Part shown: positions 26,813-35,634 of the stretch, piece by piece | Layout: every line of letters begins with the position of its first letter | Position numbering within the stretch: position 1 is the stretch's first letter | NCBI GenBank assembly: GCA_035489575.1 | Contig: DATHJY010000006.1 | Coordinates: 1 to 52,766 of the forward strand | Reading direction: 5' to 3' | DNA length: 52,766 nucleotides | From: Verrucomicrobiia bacterium | Lineage (GTDB): Bacteria; Patescibacteriota; Saccharimonadia; Saccharimonadales; JAGQNK01 | Notes under the pieces: generated by a model | What the model saw: the letters and a program-made list of their open reading frames with translations, nothing else | The model's database searches: none | Told to the model about the DNA's origin: nothing | Made by a program: the position numbers and the translations under genes

Positions 26813-28594
26813 TTAGTCTTCCAGAAATCCACCGGACTGGTGTTTCCATAGTGAGGCGTAAATGCCATTGTGTTGCAGCAACTCTTTATGCGAACCTTCC
26901 TCGACCACGGCGCCTTTTTCCATCACCAAGATACGATCCATCTTTTGGATAGTGCTGAGGCGGTGAGCGATCACAATGGCTGTGCGGCTTTCCATGAGTT
27001 TCCACAGGGCGTCTTGGATGAGCTTTTCGCTCTCAGAATCCAGAGCAGAGGTGGCTTCGTCCAGCACCAAGATAGGTGCATTTTTGAGCATGGCTCGGGC
27101 AATGGCGATTCGCTGGCGTTGTCCACCAGACAGCTTGACGCCGCGTTCGCCCACCAGCGTGTCATAGCCGTCAGACAGCTCCATGATGAATTCGTGGGCG
27201 TGGGCTACTTTAGCGGCAGCCTCGATCTCGGCCTGAGTAGCATTCGGTTTGCCGTAAGCAATATTCTCTGCGAGCGATCGGTGAAACAGCAACGGCTCTT
27301 GAGGCACATAGGTAATGGCCTGGCGCAGGTCAGCTTGGGTTACGGCGGTGATGTTTTGGCCGTCAATGAGAATCTGGCCGTCATGAATGTCCATGAACCG
27401 GAGCAGCAGTTTGGTAATGGTGGTCTTGCCACCACCACTGTGCCCCACCAGGCCGATCTTTTCGCCGGGCTGGATAGCAAAGCTGAGGTTCTTGAATAGC
27501 TTTTTGTTGGTTCTGTTCCCGGAGTAGCCAAAAGCTACGTCAGAAAACTCGATACCCCCGTGTTTGAATCGGGCAGGCTCTGGTTGCTCGGGGTCTGGGA
27601 CTTCCGGACCTAGACTGAGTATTTCGGTCATGTCAGCAGCATCTCCGAAGGAACGGTTCATGTTCTTCATAACAAACATGGCTTGCCACAGTCTCTCTGT
27701 CAGGCCGTAGGTATATGTAACAATCAAATACAGCGAGCCAATCTGGGCATTAAGCCGTGTGATGGCAAAGATTCCAACCCCAAAGGCCATGATGTTCAGG
27801 ATGGTAATAGTACTGTGACTAACATTTTCGTTCCTGAGTTGGGTGCGCATGAGCCTGAACTGAGCATCTACGGTGTGTGCTGTTTGCTTGCGGAAAATAT
27901 TCAGCTCTTGCTTTTCACCGGCAAAGGCTCGCACTGTTCCTACGTTAGTGATGTTATCTGCCAGCTTGGCTGTGCGTTCGCTCTCGCTGGTGGCGGCTGC
28001 GCGGTTTATGGGAGCTTGCTTGCGCATAAGAAAGAACATAATCACAAAGTACACCAGCGTTATGACGCTAAAGATACCGGCGTATAGTGGGTTAGTCAAA
28101 AATAGGATAGTCAAAGAGGCTATCAGCGCCGTCAGGCCGTTGACGATATTCCAGGTAAAGTCAGCCCAGAACTTGTCATGGGCGGCCGTGAACTTGTTGA
28201 CATTGGAAACTAACGAGCCACCAAAACGGTCGGCATGAAACTTGCTACCCATGTGCTGCAGGTGGTCAAACAGGTATTCTGCAGTTCGTCGTTCACTCAA
28301 GATGCTGTACTTCCAGGTGCAAATAGTCTGGGTCCGCCAGAAAAACAGGCCCGCCATGCTTGAGACGATGTACAGCAGAATATAGGGTTGCAGGGTTGCG
28401 AACGTCAGGGGCTGACCAGCTGCCGAAAGTTCCTGCATGCGGTTAAAGGCGGTCGCAATAATAAGGGGCGGCAAGACATCCGCTAGTAGCACAGCGAAGA
28501 CTACCCCAATAGTGCCATACCAAAACAGGAATGGATAAGGGCGGGTAAATTGCCAAAAGAGGCGCAGCGTTTTCTTAGTTGTAGACACAGCCAT
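26813..28594 (-). CDS. ABC exporter, fused permease/ATPase half-transporter (1 of 4)
   Basis: The NBD carries Walker A GHSGGGKTT, signature LSGGQRQRIAIARA and Walker B LVLDEATSALD. Confidence 0.9.
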   Translation of the reverse strand: MAVSTTKKTLRLFWQFTRPYPFLFWYGTIGVVFAVLLADVLPPLIIATAFNRMQELSAAGQPLTFATLQPYILLYIVSSMAGLFFWRTQTICTWKYSILSERRTAEYLFDHLQHMGSKFHADRFGGSLVSNVNKFTAAHDKFWADFTWNIVNGLTALIASLTILFLTNPLYAGIFSVITLVYFVIMFFLMRKQAPINRAAATSESERTAKLADNITNVGTVRAFAGEKQELNIFRKQTAHTVDAQFRLMRTQLRNENVSHSTITILNIMAFGVGIFAITRLNAQIGSLYLIVTYTYGLTERLWQAMFVMKNMNRSFGDAADMTEILSLGPEVPDPEQPEPARFKHGGIEFSDVAFGYSGNRTNKKLFKNLSFAIQPGEKIGLVGHSGGGKTTITKLLLRFMDIHDGQILIDGQNITAVTQADLRQAITYVPQEPLLFHRSLAENIAYGKPNATQAEIEAAAKVAHAHEFIMELSDGYDTLVGERGVKLSGGQRQRIAIARAMLKNAPILVLDEATSALDSESEKLIQDALWKLMESRTAIVIAHRLSTIQKMDRILVMEKGAVVEEGSHKELLQHNGIYASLWKHQSGGFLED

Positions 28595-28874
28595 AGCGGG
28601 GTTTCCTTACTCTCAGGTACACAAATAGTCTTACGCCTAAGTGTAGACGAACTAGTATTATTGTTTGTGATTTTTGTCTCTTCTGTACTATTGAATCGGC
28701 TCGTCCGATCCAAGGGCCCAGGTGGTAATATCCATTCTGCGCCAAAATTGCTATTTTTGGCTGCAAATCACCAGGATTTTCGCTCAAAAATTATCAATTC
28801 TGGCATCAGAAGCGAATTGCCACCTGGATCCTAGCAAATAGCGGATTGATCTAGTCAATCATAATAGAAAGGAA

Positions 28875-29297
28875 TTATACGCCAGTGCCAGCAGTATTGC
28901 CAAGTGGAATTCTCAGACTCCCGCGATCAATTGGTGCTGGGGGATTTTCTACGACTACGTTGTAAGTGGCCCGGTCCGTGACCGCCAGATGCCCCAGTGC
29001 TGGACATACCGGGACGCCTCTTTTCAGGATGAGAAGATGCCTTTCCTGGTAGATGTCAGGCTCGTTGCAGGCGTCTATCTTTTCGGTCAATGATTCGGCT
29101 GTCTCGTATCCAGGTCGAATAGGTAGCGAGGCATTGCGGTCTTCGTCTACAAGTACACCCGCCAACCTGACATCTGCCACGTTTATATTCCCCGAAAGTA
29201 TTCCCCGAACGGCTATACCGTAGGGCGAGAATATGGCTTCTTCTAGCTCGTCACAGGCGTCACCTCGCAAGGGACAGGTTTCGCATAATCTGGACAT
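28875..29297 (-). CDS. Hypothetical protein (140 aa) with an N-terminal Cys cluster
   Basis: The ORF has background GC and starts MSRLCETCPLRGDACDELEE. I recognise no family. It is the first gene on the minus strand ahead of the ABC array. Confidence 0.5.
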   Translation of the reverse strand: MSRLCETCPLRGDACDELEEAIFSPYGIAVRGILSGNINVADVRLAGVLVDEDRNASLPIRPGYETAESLTEKIDACNEPDIYQERHLLILKRGVPVCPALGHLAVTDRATYNVVVENPPAPIDRGSLRIPLGNTAGTGV

Positions 29298-29394
29298 GGA
29301 CGCTCCTTTATATAGAAGTAATGTATTTACTATATATTCTTTTGCGTGTAGGACAAGCTAGAGTAGAGCGCTGGCCTCTGTTATACTGGTGCTG

Positions 29395-30288
29395 ATGCAA
29401 AAAATTGTCTTGTATTACAAATTTGTACCAGTGGCTGATCCGGCCATGACCATGCGCTGGCAGCGCGAGCTATGCACTCGCCTGGGCCTGAAAGGCCGAG
29501 TGCTTATTTCTGTGCACGGCATCAATGGCACGCTGGGTGGTGGTATTGAGGCACTGCGTCAGTATAAGCGCGAGATGAACAAATCAGTGATCTTCAAGGG
29601 TATTACTTACAAGTGGAGCGACGGCACCAACCAAGATTTTCCAAAACTGCAGGTCAAGGTAAAAGACGAGATTGTAAACTTCCAGGCCGCTGACGAGATT
29701 GTGGTAACCGAAAAAGGCATAGCAAACGGTGGTAAGCACCTCAAACCTAAGCAGGTGCACGAGCTGCTGAAAGAGCGCGGAGATGATGTGGTGTTCTTTG
29801 ACGGCCGCAACAAGTTCGAAGCAGAGATCGGCAAGTTCAAGAACGCAGTGGTGCCGGACGTAGAGACCTCGCGCGATTTTGCCAAAGAGTTGGAAAACCC
29901 TAAATATAACGACATCAAAGACAAGCCGGTGGTCACTTATTGTACCGGTGGCATCAGGTGCGAGATCTTGAGCGCCATGATGAAAAATCGCGGCTTCAAA
30001 GAGGTCTATCAACTAGACGGCGGTATCGTAAAATACGGCGAGGCCTACAAAGACGAAGGCGAATGGGAAGGCAAGCTGCATATTTTTGATGGCCGCATGG
30101 TGACGCAGTTTAGTGATCAGGCAAAGGACATTGGTGTCTGTATTCACTGCCAGGGCAACACCAGCAACTACATTAACTGTGCCAACAAGCAGTGCAACAA
30201 GCTAGTGCTCGTCTGTCAGGATTGCACCGCTGATGACCTTTGCGCTACTTGCCTGGACGCTTCGATGGTGGTGCCAGCACCCGAATAG
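29395..30288 (+). CDS. trhO: Rhodanese-domain protein of the UPF0176/TrhO (YceA) family
   Basis: The N-terminus IVLYYKFVPVADP...LGLKGRVLISVHGINGTLGG is characteristic. The rhodanese active-site loop YCTGGIRCE and a C-terminal Cys-rich tail are present. Confidence 0.8.
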   Translation: MQKIVLYYKFVPVADPAMTMRWQRELCTRLGLKGRVLISVHGINGTLGGGIEALRQYKREMNKSVIFKGITYKWSDGTNQDFPKLQVKVKDEIVNFQAADEIVVTEKGIANGGKHLKPKQVHELLKERGDDVVFFDGRNKFEAEIGKFKNAVVPDVETSRDFAKELENPKYNDIKDKPVVTYCTGGIRCEILSAMMKNRGFKEVYQLDGGIVKYGEAYKDEGEWEGKLHIFDGRMVTQFSDQAKDIGVCIHCQGNTSNYINCANKQCNKLVLVCQDCTADDLCATCLDASMVVPAPE

Positions 30289-31144
30289 CATCCTTCAGGA
30301 CGCGGATATGCGCCGGGGTTGTGGTGATGATCTCGCCGTCTGCCTGAAGGGGTTGGTCGGGCTTGGTCCGGATGGTGGCTTTTTTGGCATAGATAAAGTG
30401 CACGCCAGCGCGTTTTTCGGGGCGGCGCGTGATAAATCCAAAGGCATCTTTCAGATATTCAACCCTGTTCAGGCTGGTGCTGTAGGCTATGGTTAGGCTG
30501 TCATCGTAGGCTGAAGTGCCATGGTCTACAACCGCTAAGCCGCGGTGACGCCCATTGCCAATGAGCAAGTGGTGGGTCTGAAATGAAGCCTTCTTGCCAT
30601 TGGCTTCTACCTCGCACCAGAAGGGTTCGTGCCGGGCCAATTCGCGTACCCCGCTGACAGCATAGGCAAACGAGCCAAGATACCGCTTGACCTTGTCTGT
30701 CACATTGTCGACGACTTGTACTGGATAGCCTAGGTCCGCAAAGTTGGCGAACAAGGTGTCGTTGATTCGTCCAAGCGAGGCATGTCTTTCGTGTTGCTTG
30801 GACAATACGGACAAGGAACGTTTGATCATGACGGGAATGCCAAGGCTCCGTACAAATCCGTTAGTAGTCCCAAGGGGAATGAAGCCATACAGCATATTTT
30901 TTTGTTTTTTCAGGGCATTTAGTACGGCCACTATGGTGCCGTCGCCACTGCCGACAATAACGCAGTCAATGTCTTTGGCGGCTTGCAGTTTTTTGAGTGC
31001 ATCCTTAAACCGTGATAAATCTTCTACGACAATAAAATCCTGAACGTCGAACGGACTGCCTGGCTTGGCAAAGAATTTTTTGACGAGCTTGATATTTTGG
31101 GCCGCCAAACGTGAATGGCTGTTTATGAAAACAATCGTACGCAT
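30245..31144 (-). CDS. Diacylglycerol/lipid kinase family protein (YegS/DagK-like)
   Basis: The motif VIVGSGDGTIVAVLNAL and a C-terminal beta-sandwich region typical of the DAGK_cat family are present. Confidence 0.8.
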   Translation of the reverse strand: MRTIVFINSHSRLAAQNIKLVKKFFAKPGSPFDVQDFIVVEDLSRFKDALKKLQAAKDIDCVIVGSGDGTIVAVLNALKKQKNMLYGFIPLGTTNGFVRSLGIPVMIKRSLSVLSKQHERHASLGRINDTLFANFADLGYPVQVVDNVTDKVKRYLGSFAYAVSGVRELARHEPFWCEVEANGKKASFQTHHLLIGNGRHRGLAVVDHGTSAYDDSLTIAYSTSLNRVEYLKDAFGFITRRPEKRAGVHFIYAKKATIRTKPDQPLQADGEIITTTPAHIRVLKDAIRVLAPPSKRPGK

Positions 31145-31185
31145 GAGATAATCTAAGTGTACTATGAAACCTTTTCATAGAAGAA

Positions 31186-31415
31186 CCACACCAAACAGGC
31201 CACAATCTTCGCACTTGGATGCTCAGTGCCTTTTCTCTGCGAGAACCGGACCGACAGGTCGGCACCCAAAACGTGGCAAAGCCACGTTATTGGCTTACCG
31301 TTCACGAATTAGCCGTGCCAATAGCACGGTGAAGGGAGGATCACAGCAGAAAAAGGTGCTGAGCGCCAAGAACACCGGCGGGCTTCTGGCCTTGCCAGAA
31401 GGCAGGCCGGTGTGG
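31186..31415 (+). ncRNA. Candidate structured RNA of about 230 nt, class unknown
   Basis: A closing helix forms between ccacacc (31186-31192) and ggtgtgg (31409-31415). A long imperfect duplex pairs cttggatgctcagtgcc with ggtgctgagcgccaag. Three local hairpins are present (cgtggc/gccacg, ccgtgc/gcacgg, cttctggc/gccagaag). The overlapping ORF 31164..31433 looks non-coding. The strand is assumed. Confidence 0.3.
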
Positions 31416-31429
31416 TGCGGAGTTGTGGA

Positions 31430-31963
31430 ATGAAGAAGTTGAAACGAGAGGCTACTACCCCCAAATTTGTACCCGACTTTATAGCACAGTCAGTTACTGA
31501 TGTGGATTTTGCGGCGCTTAAAGACATGGGCGTCGAGTATATTGCCTTTGACGCTGACAGTACGCTAGTAAACTATCGTGGCAAGGAACTTCCCAGGGAG
31601 TCTCGCGATTTTCTGCGACAGAATCGTAACCTATTTAAAGACTGGTGCATTGCCAGTAACCGGGTGACAAATGATCTTCAGCCATTGGCCGACAGCATCG
31701 ACGCCCATGTGATACGAGCTACTTTGTTTACGCGTAAACCCAACCAACGGTTCTTTACCAGAGTGGTCAGGCTGTTCAATGCCGAACCCCACAAGATTGC
31801 CATGATAGGAGACAAACTGATTGCCGATATGTTTGGTGCCAAGCGTGCTGGGTTTGTAACCGTATGGGTCGAATATATCGGCCGGGACAGCGCGCATGAC
31901 CGGCTGCTGAGGGTTCGAAAATTTGAAAAACATCTGATGAAACGTTATATGGAAAATGAATAA
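31430..31963 (+). CDS. HAD-superfamily phosphatase, YqeG-like subfamily IIIA
   Basis: The motifs are FDADSTLV (motif I) and IGDKLIADMFGAKRAGFVTVWV (motif III). Confidence 0.75.
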   Translation: MKKLKREATTPKFVPDFIAQSVTDVDFAALKDMGVEYIAFDADSTLVNYRGKELPRESRDFLRQNRNLFKDWCIASNRVTNDLQPLADSIDAHVIRATLFTRKPNQRFFTRVVRLFNAEPHKIAMIGDKLIADMFGAKRAGFVTVWVEYIGRDSAHDRLLRVRKFEKHLMKRYMENE

Positions 31964-33470
31964 AACCCTAGAGACTAAGTTAAAAGATCTGCCAAAAGAC
32001 CCCGGTGTGTATTTTCATAAGAATGCCGCGGGCGAGATTATTTATGTGGGCAAAGCTGCCAATCTCAAAAATCGGGTACGTCAGTATTTTCAAAAGAGCC
32101 GTGGCCGCGACCCAAAGACGGAAGTGTTAGTGGTCGACATCGTCGACACCGACTGGATGGTGGTAGAGAGCGAACTAGAGGCGCTGTTCTTAGAAGCCGA
32201 GATGATTCGTCGCTATATGCCGCGTTATAACATTTTGTTGCGTGACGACAAATCTATGTCGTACATCCGCATAGATTACGACAGCGACTACCCAACAGTC
32301 ACCACCACTCGCCGGCCCTTAGACGACGGCGCTCGGTATTTTGGGCCATACCTGAGCACGCAGAGCGTACGCCAAGCCCTGAAGTTTTTGCGCCATATTT
32401 TTCCGTTTGCTACCAAGCGTACGCCAGGACAAAAACGGGCCACGCTGCACTACCATCTGGGGCTGGATCCGGGGCTAGAAGAAGGCAAGACCAGCCTAGA
32501 AGAGTACCGAGCTAACTTACGCAAGCTGATGGCCATCATAGAGGGCAAGCGTAAAAGCATAGAAAAAGAGCTAGAGGGCGACATGAAACGCCTGGCCAGG
32601 GCCCAGGATTTTGAGGGGGCTGCTCATGTACGCAACCAGTTGCTGGCACTGCAGCGCTTGAGCAAGCAAGTAATTTTTAGCGACAAAGAATTCCTGGATA
32701 TTAGCAAAGACCACGCCCTGGGGGAATTGGTAGACCTCCTTGGTCTCAAAGATTACCCGCGGCGCATAGAGGGGTACGATATCAGCCACATGTCTGGCAC
32801 AGACGTTGTGGCCAGTATGGTGGTCTTTACCAATGGCGTCAGCAACAAGGGCGAATATCGCAAATTCAAAACCAAAAAAGATCACAACAACGACTTTTAT
32901 AATATGCACGAAACTATTACTCGGCGCTTGAGCGATCGTAACCGCAAAGCCTGGGGGCTGCCCAGTTTGGTGCTGATAGACGGCGGCAAGGGACAGCTGG
33001 ATGCCGCCACTCGCGCCCGGGACGAAGCCGGATGTCCAAAGATTCCATTTATAGGGTTGGCCAAGCGCGAAGAACAGATTGTCATAAAAAGGGATTTCTC
33101 TAACGTTACGCTGGATCTGGAAGTGCTGCAAAAACTAGGTGGCTTTGTGACCGAGAGCGACGATTTTATTCTGGTTAATGTGCCGCACTCTAGTAATCTT
33201 ACGAAGTTACTGCAACGGATTCGCGACGAATCACATCGTTTTGCTGTCAGCTATCACTCGATTCTAAAGACCAAGCGACAGACAGCAAGCTTGTTAGACG
33301 ATATCCCCAGCATTGGTCCTGCTACTCGCAAAAAACTATTGAAAACCTTTGGCAGTGTGCGCGGCATCACGCAAGCGCGTGATTTTGAATTAGAGAAAGT
33401 AGTGGGCACCAAAAAAGCGGCCATTCTAAGGCAGTACATTCATGCCCAAAAGCGCTCGGATAGTCTGTAG
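31956..33470 (+). CDS. uvrC: Excinuclease ABC subunit C, compact 504-aa form
   Basis: It has a GIY-YIG domain (GVYFHKNAAGEIIYVGKAANLKNRVRQYF) and a UVR domain (ARAQDFEGAAHVRNQLLAL). An RNase H-like endonuclease domain and a C-terminal HhH (IPSIGPATRKKLLKTFGS) follow. The start overlaps the upstream gene by 8 nt. Confidence 0.9.
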   Translation: MNKTLETKLKDLPKDPGVYFHKNAAGEIIYVGKAANLKNRVRQYFQKSRGRDPKTEVLVVDIVDTDWMVVESELEALFLEAEMIRRYMPRYNILLRDDKSMSYIRIDYDSDYPTVTTTRRPLDDGARYFGPYLSTQSVRQALKFLRHIFPFATKRTPGQKRATLHYHLGLDPGLEEGKTSLEEYRANLRKLMAIIEGKRKSIEKELEGDMKRLARAQDFEGAAHVRNQLLALQRLSKQVIFSDKEFLDISKDHALGELVDLLGLKDYPRRIEGYDISHMSGTDVVASMVVFTNGVSNKGEYRKFKTKKDHNNDFYNMHETITRRLSDRNRKAWGLPSLVLIDGGKGQLDAATRARDEAGCPKIPFIGLAKREEQIVIKRDFSNVTLDLEVLQKLGGFVTESDDFILVNVPHSSNLTKLLQRIRDESHRFAVSYHSILKTKRQTASLLDDIPSIGPATRKKLLKTFGSVRGITQARDFELEKVVGTKKAAILRQYIHAQKRSDSL

Positions 33471-33581
33471 CACTTAGACGGAATTTTTATATTTGTGGTT
33501 ATGCTTTTTCTGATATAGTGGCTGCCACGCTCAAATGAGCGAGATCGTTATCGGCACTAGACTACGGAAGGAGGACCCATC

Positions 33582-34478
33582 ATGAATGGGTCTTTGACAT
33601 CTCTGAGATCCCGCATCTTGGCACTGCTGCTGGCAGTGTTCATGACGGCGGGATTTGTCGTCGTTGCCGTTCCCGGCACGGCTTCGGCCGGCGACGGGCG
33701 TTCGGCGACCCCCGAGGGTGAGATCCGGGCGCAGTACATCCACAGCTTGGACCGCCAGCCGGACCAGGGTGGCTATGACAACTACATGTGGTTCGTCCGT
33801 GAGGACTGCCGCTGGGGCATCATGGACGCTTCGTTCAAGATCGCCAACAGCGCCGAGGCCCACCAGCGGTGGCACGACAACCCCCAGGACCTCGCCGGCA
33901 TGTTGTACGCCAGCCTGCTGGACCGCGCCCCTGACCCCGGTGGCCTGCAGACCTACACCGAGGCCATCCGCACCCGTGGGCTGGAGTGGGCCACGGCGTC
34001 CATGCTGGCTTCGCCCGAGTACGAGACCCGGCTGGGCAGCCTCTGTGCAGGCAGGCAGTCGTCCAGCGCAACCATGTTCACCTGGGAAGAGGCCCAGGCC
34101 TTCGTGGACAACGAGATCCTGCCGCGCGCCAAGGACCTGGCCATCGTGTGCGGCGCGACCCACGGGACTATGGTGTCCTTGGGGGCGCTGAAGGGCAGTG
34201 GCAACTTCGCCGTGTCGTTCGTGGGCATGTCCGCGTGGCTGGCCAACCAGTTCAACAGCATGTTCAGCATCGACCGCACCTGTGGCGCAGTCGCGCAGTA
34301 CCTGCTGGCAGCGCGCCGGATCAACCAGATCACCCTGCAGGGCGATCGCTACAACCCGGTGTTCATCCAGGCCGAGAGCGGCCAGCACCGCTGGTTGACC
34401 ACCGTGTTCGACGACTTCACGCTGCGGATCGGTCCCGACCCGACCCATTGGGATCCGTACTCCGGTTCCCATTTCTAG
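33582..34478 (+). CDS. GC-rich secreted protein with DUF4214-like repeats
   Basis: The signal peptide ends in TASA. Two repeats are of the DUF4214 type (SLDRQPDQGGYDNYMWFV and LLDRAPDPGGLQTYTEAI ... ASPEY). The RBS is GGAAGGAGG and GC3 is very high. Confidence 0.75.
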   Translation: MNGSLTSLRSRILALLLAVFMTAGFVVVAVPGTASAGDGRSATPEGEIRAQYIHSLDRQPDQGGYDNYMWFVREDCRWGIMDASFKIANSAEAHQRWHDNPQDLAGMLYASLLDRAPDPGGLQTYTEAIRTRGLEWATASMLASPEYETRLGSLCAGRQSSSATMFTWEEAQAFVDNEILPRAKDLAIVCGATHGTMVSLGALKGSGNFAVSFVGMSAWLANQFNSMFSIDRTCGAVAQYLLAARRINQITLQGDRYNPVFIQAESGQHRWLTTVFDDFTLRIGPDPTHWDPYSGSHF

Positions 34479-34501
34479 GGGTGAACCCGTAGGCCCCAGA
34501 A

Positions 34502-34657
34502 CCTATCCAAAATCTCCAGTTCCGTACCAAAACCACCCATTCCGGTGACAATCCGCCCTGGCCCGCCAGCCGTAACTACGGTTACGCCAGACGAACCAGA
34601 ACGAATTCTCCCTCGAAATGGATTGATTTTGGCTACGAAAGCGAGATCTTGGATAGG
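34502..34657 (+). ncRNA. Stem-closed structured 3' UTR element (S/E motif, copy 2)
   Basis: A closing helix forms between cctatccaaaatctc (34502-34516) and gagatcttggatagg (34643-34657) with one mismatch. Its internal blocks are homologous to 5948-6087, including the 32-mer 34590-34621. Confidence 0.5.
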
Positions 34658-34670
34658 CCCTTAACCGATC

Positions 34671-34712
34671 GTGCCTGGCGAAATGTAGCGCATTTCGCCA
34701 GGCACTCTAACT
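34671..34712 (+). terminator. Rho-independent terminator
   Basis: A perfect 15-bp stem forms between gtgcctggcgaaatg (34671-34685) and catttcgccaggcac (34691-34705). It is followed by tctaactttta. Confidence 0.65.
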
Positions 34713-34737
34713 TTTATAGCCATGTATAATAAAGGCC

Positions 34738-35427
34738 ATGCTACGAGTGGGTGGGATTATCCTATGTTTTTTGCTGATCGTCTGGTCGGCAAAAGTGATA
34801 GTGTTGGCTCTCAGTGTCAACCGCTACGCTGCCCACTGGCGCCAAACGGCCGGTCTGCCCCAGGAAAACCAGATACGGTACATTGCGCTGGGTGATTCGA
34901 CGGCCCAGGCCATAGGTGCCAGTAAGCCAACGAAAGGATATGTTGGTTTGGTGGCGGGGGCATTATCCCAAAAACACAAAGCTTCGGTACACGTTACCAA
35001 CATCAGTGTTAGCGGTGCGACCGTCCGGGATGCGCTAGAGAAGCAGCTGCCCCAGTTGCAATATATGCTGACCACGCCTGCCACCGTCCTCACCATAGAG
35101 ATTGGCGCCAATGACATGAAAAACTACCACCAGCAGGAATTTGGCAGCCAGATTGACCAGCTTTTTTCACAGTTGCCAAAGCAGACGGTGGTGTCGACCA
35201 TTCCCTATTTTGGCCACGGCCGCTACTGGCGCTTAGAGAAAAATGTGCGTCCGGCAAATGCCATCATCGAAAAGGCCGCCAAGCACTATGGTTTGCGAGT
35301 GGCGCCGCTGTATGACGTGACAAAGCAGCGAGACAATCCACTCGTCTACGCGGCTGATTACTTTCATCCAAGCAACAGGGGTTATCGCAACTGGTTCGAC
35401 GCCTTTTGGCTGATATTGGATTCCTAA
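34738..35427 (+). CDS. SGNH/GDSL-family hydrolase
   Basis: It has an N-terminal TM or signal segment. Block I is IALGDSTAQ with the catalytic Ser, and block V is DYFHPS. Confidence 0.75.
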   Translation: MLRVGGIILCFLLIVWSAKVIVLALSVNRYAAHWRQTAGLPQENQIRYIALGDSTAQAIGASKPTKGYVGLVAGALSQKHKASVHVTNISVSGATVRDALEKQLPQLQYMLTTPATVLTIEIGANDMKNYHQQEFGSQIDQLFSQLPKQTVVSTIPYFGHGRYWRLEKNVRPANAIIEKAAKHYGLRVAPLYDVTKQRDNPLVYAADYFHPSNRGYRNWFDAFWLILDS

Positions 35428-35439
35428 GCTGTTATACCG

Positions 35440-35601
35440 ATAGCCAGCCTACTACAAACTTCGCCTCCTACCCAGTGTCTCAGCGGCCAGAAACTCCCAT
35501 ACCTCGCTCAACGTATCAACGGATATGCCTCACTCGGTCTGAAAGCTTCTGACTCACTGAGGCATCTGGCTAAAAGACGAGGTTTGTAGTACGCTGGCTA
35601 T
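35440..35601. ncRNA. Stem-closed intergenic element of about 160 nt, class unknown
   Basis: A 20-bp closing helix forms between atagccagcctactacaaac (35440-35459) and gtttgtagtacgctggctat (35582-35601) with one mismatch. An internal hairpin pairs gcctca with tgaggc. It lies between the GDSL hydrolase gene and pepP. Confidence 0.35.
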
Positions 35602-35634
35602 GACTGTTCGTCAAGGGAGACAGGGGAGACTTTT

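Noticed and set aside
30245-30288. A 44-nt convergent overlap of the trhO and lipid kinase 3' ends, as a possible antisense regulatory feature.
   Set aside because: Short convergent overlaps are common in compact genomes. There is no additional structure or motif to support a specific role.
31164-31433. An 89-aa ORF across the lipid kinase / HAD phosphatase spacer.
   Set aside because: The composition is Arg/Ser/Pro-rich and non-protein-like, and there is no RBS. It overlaps a region with strong RNA secondary-structure potential.
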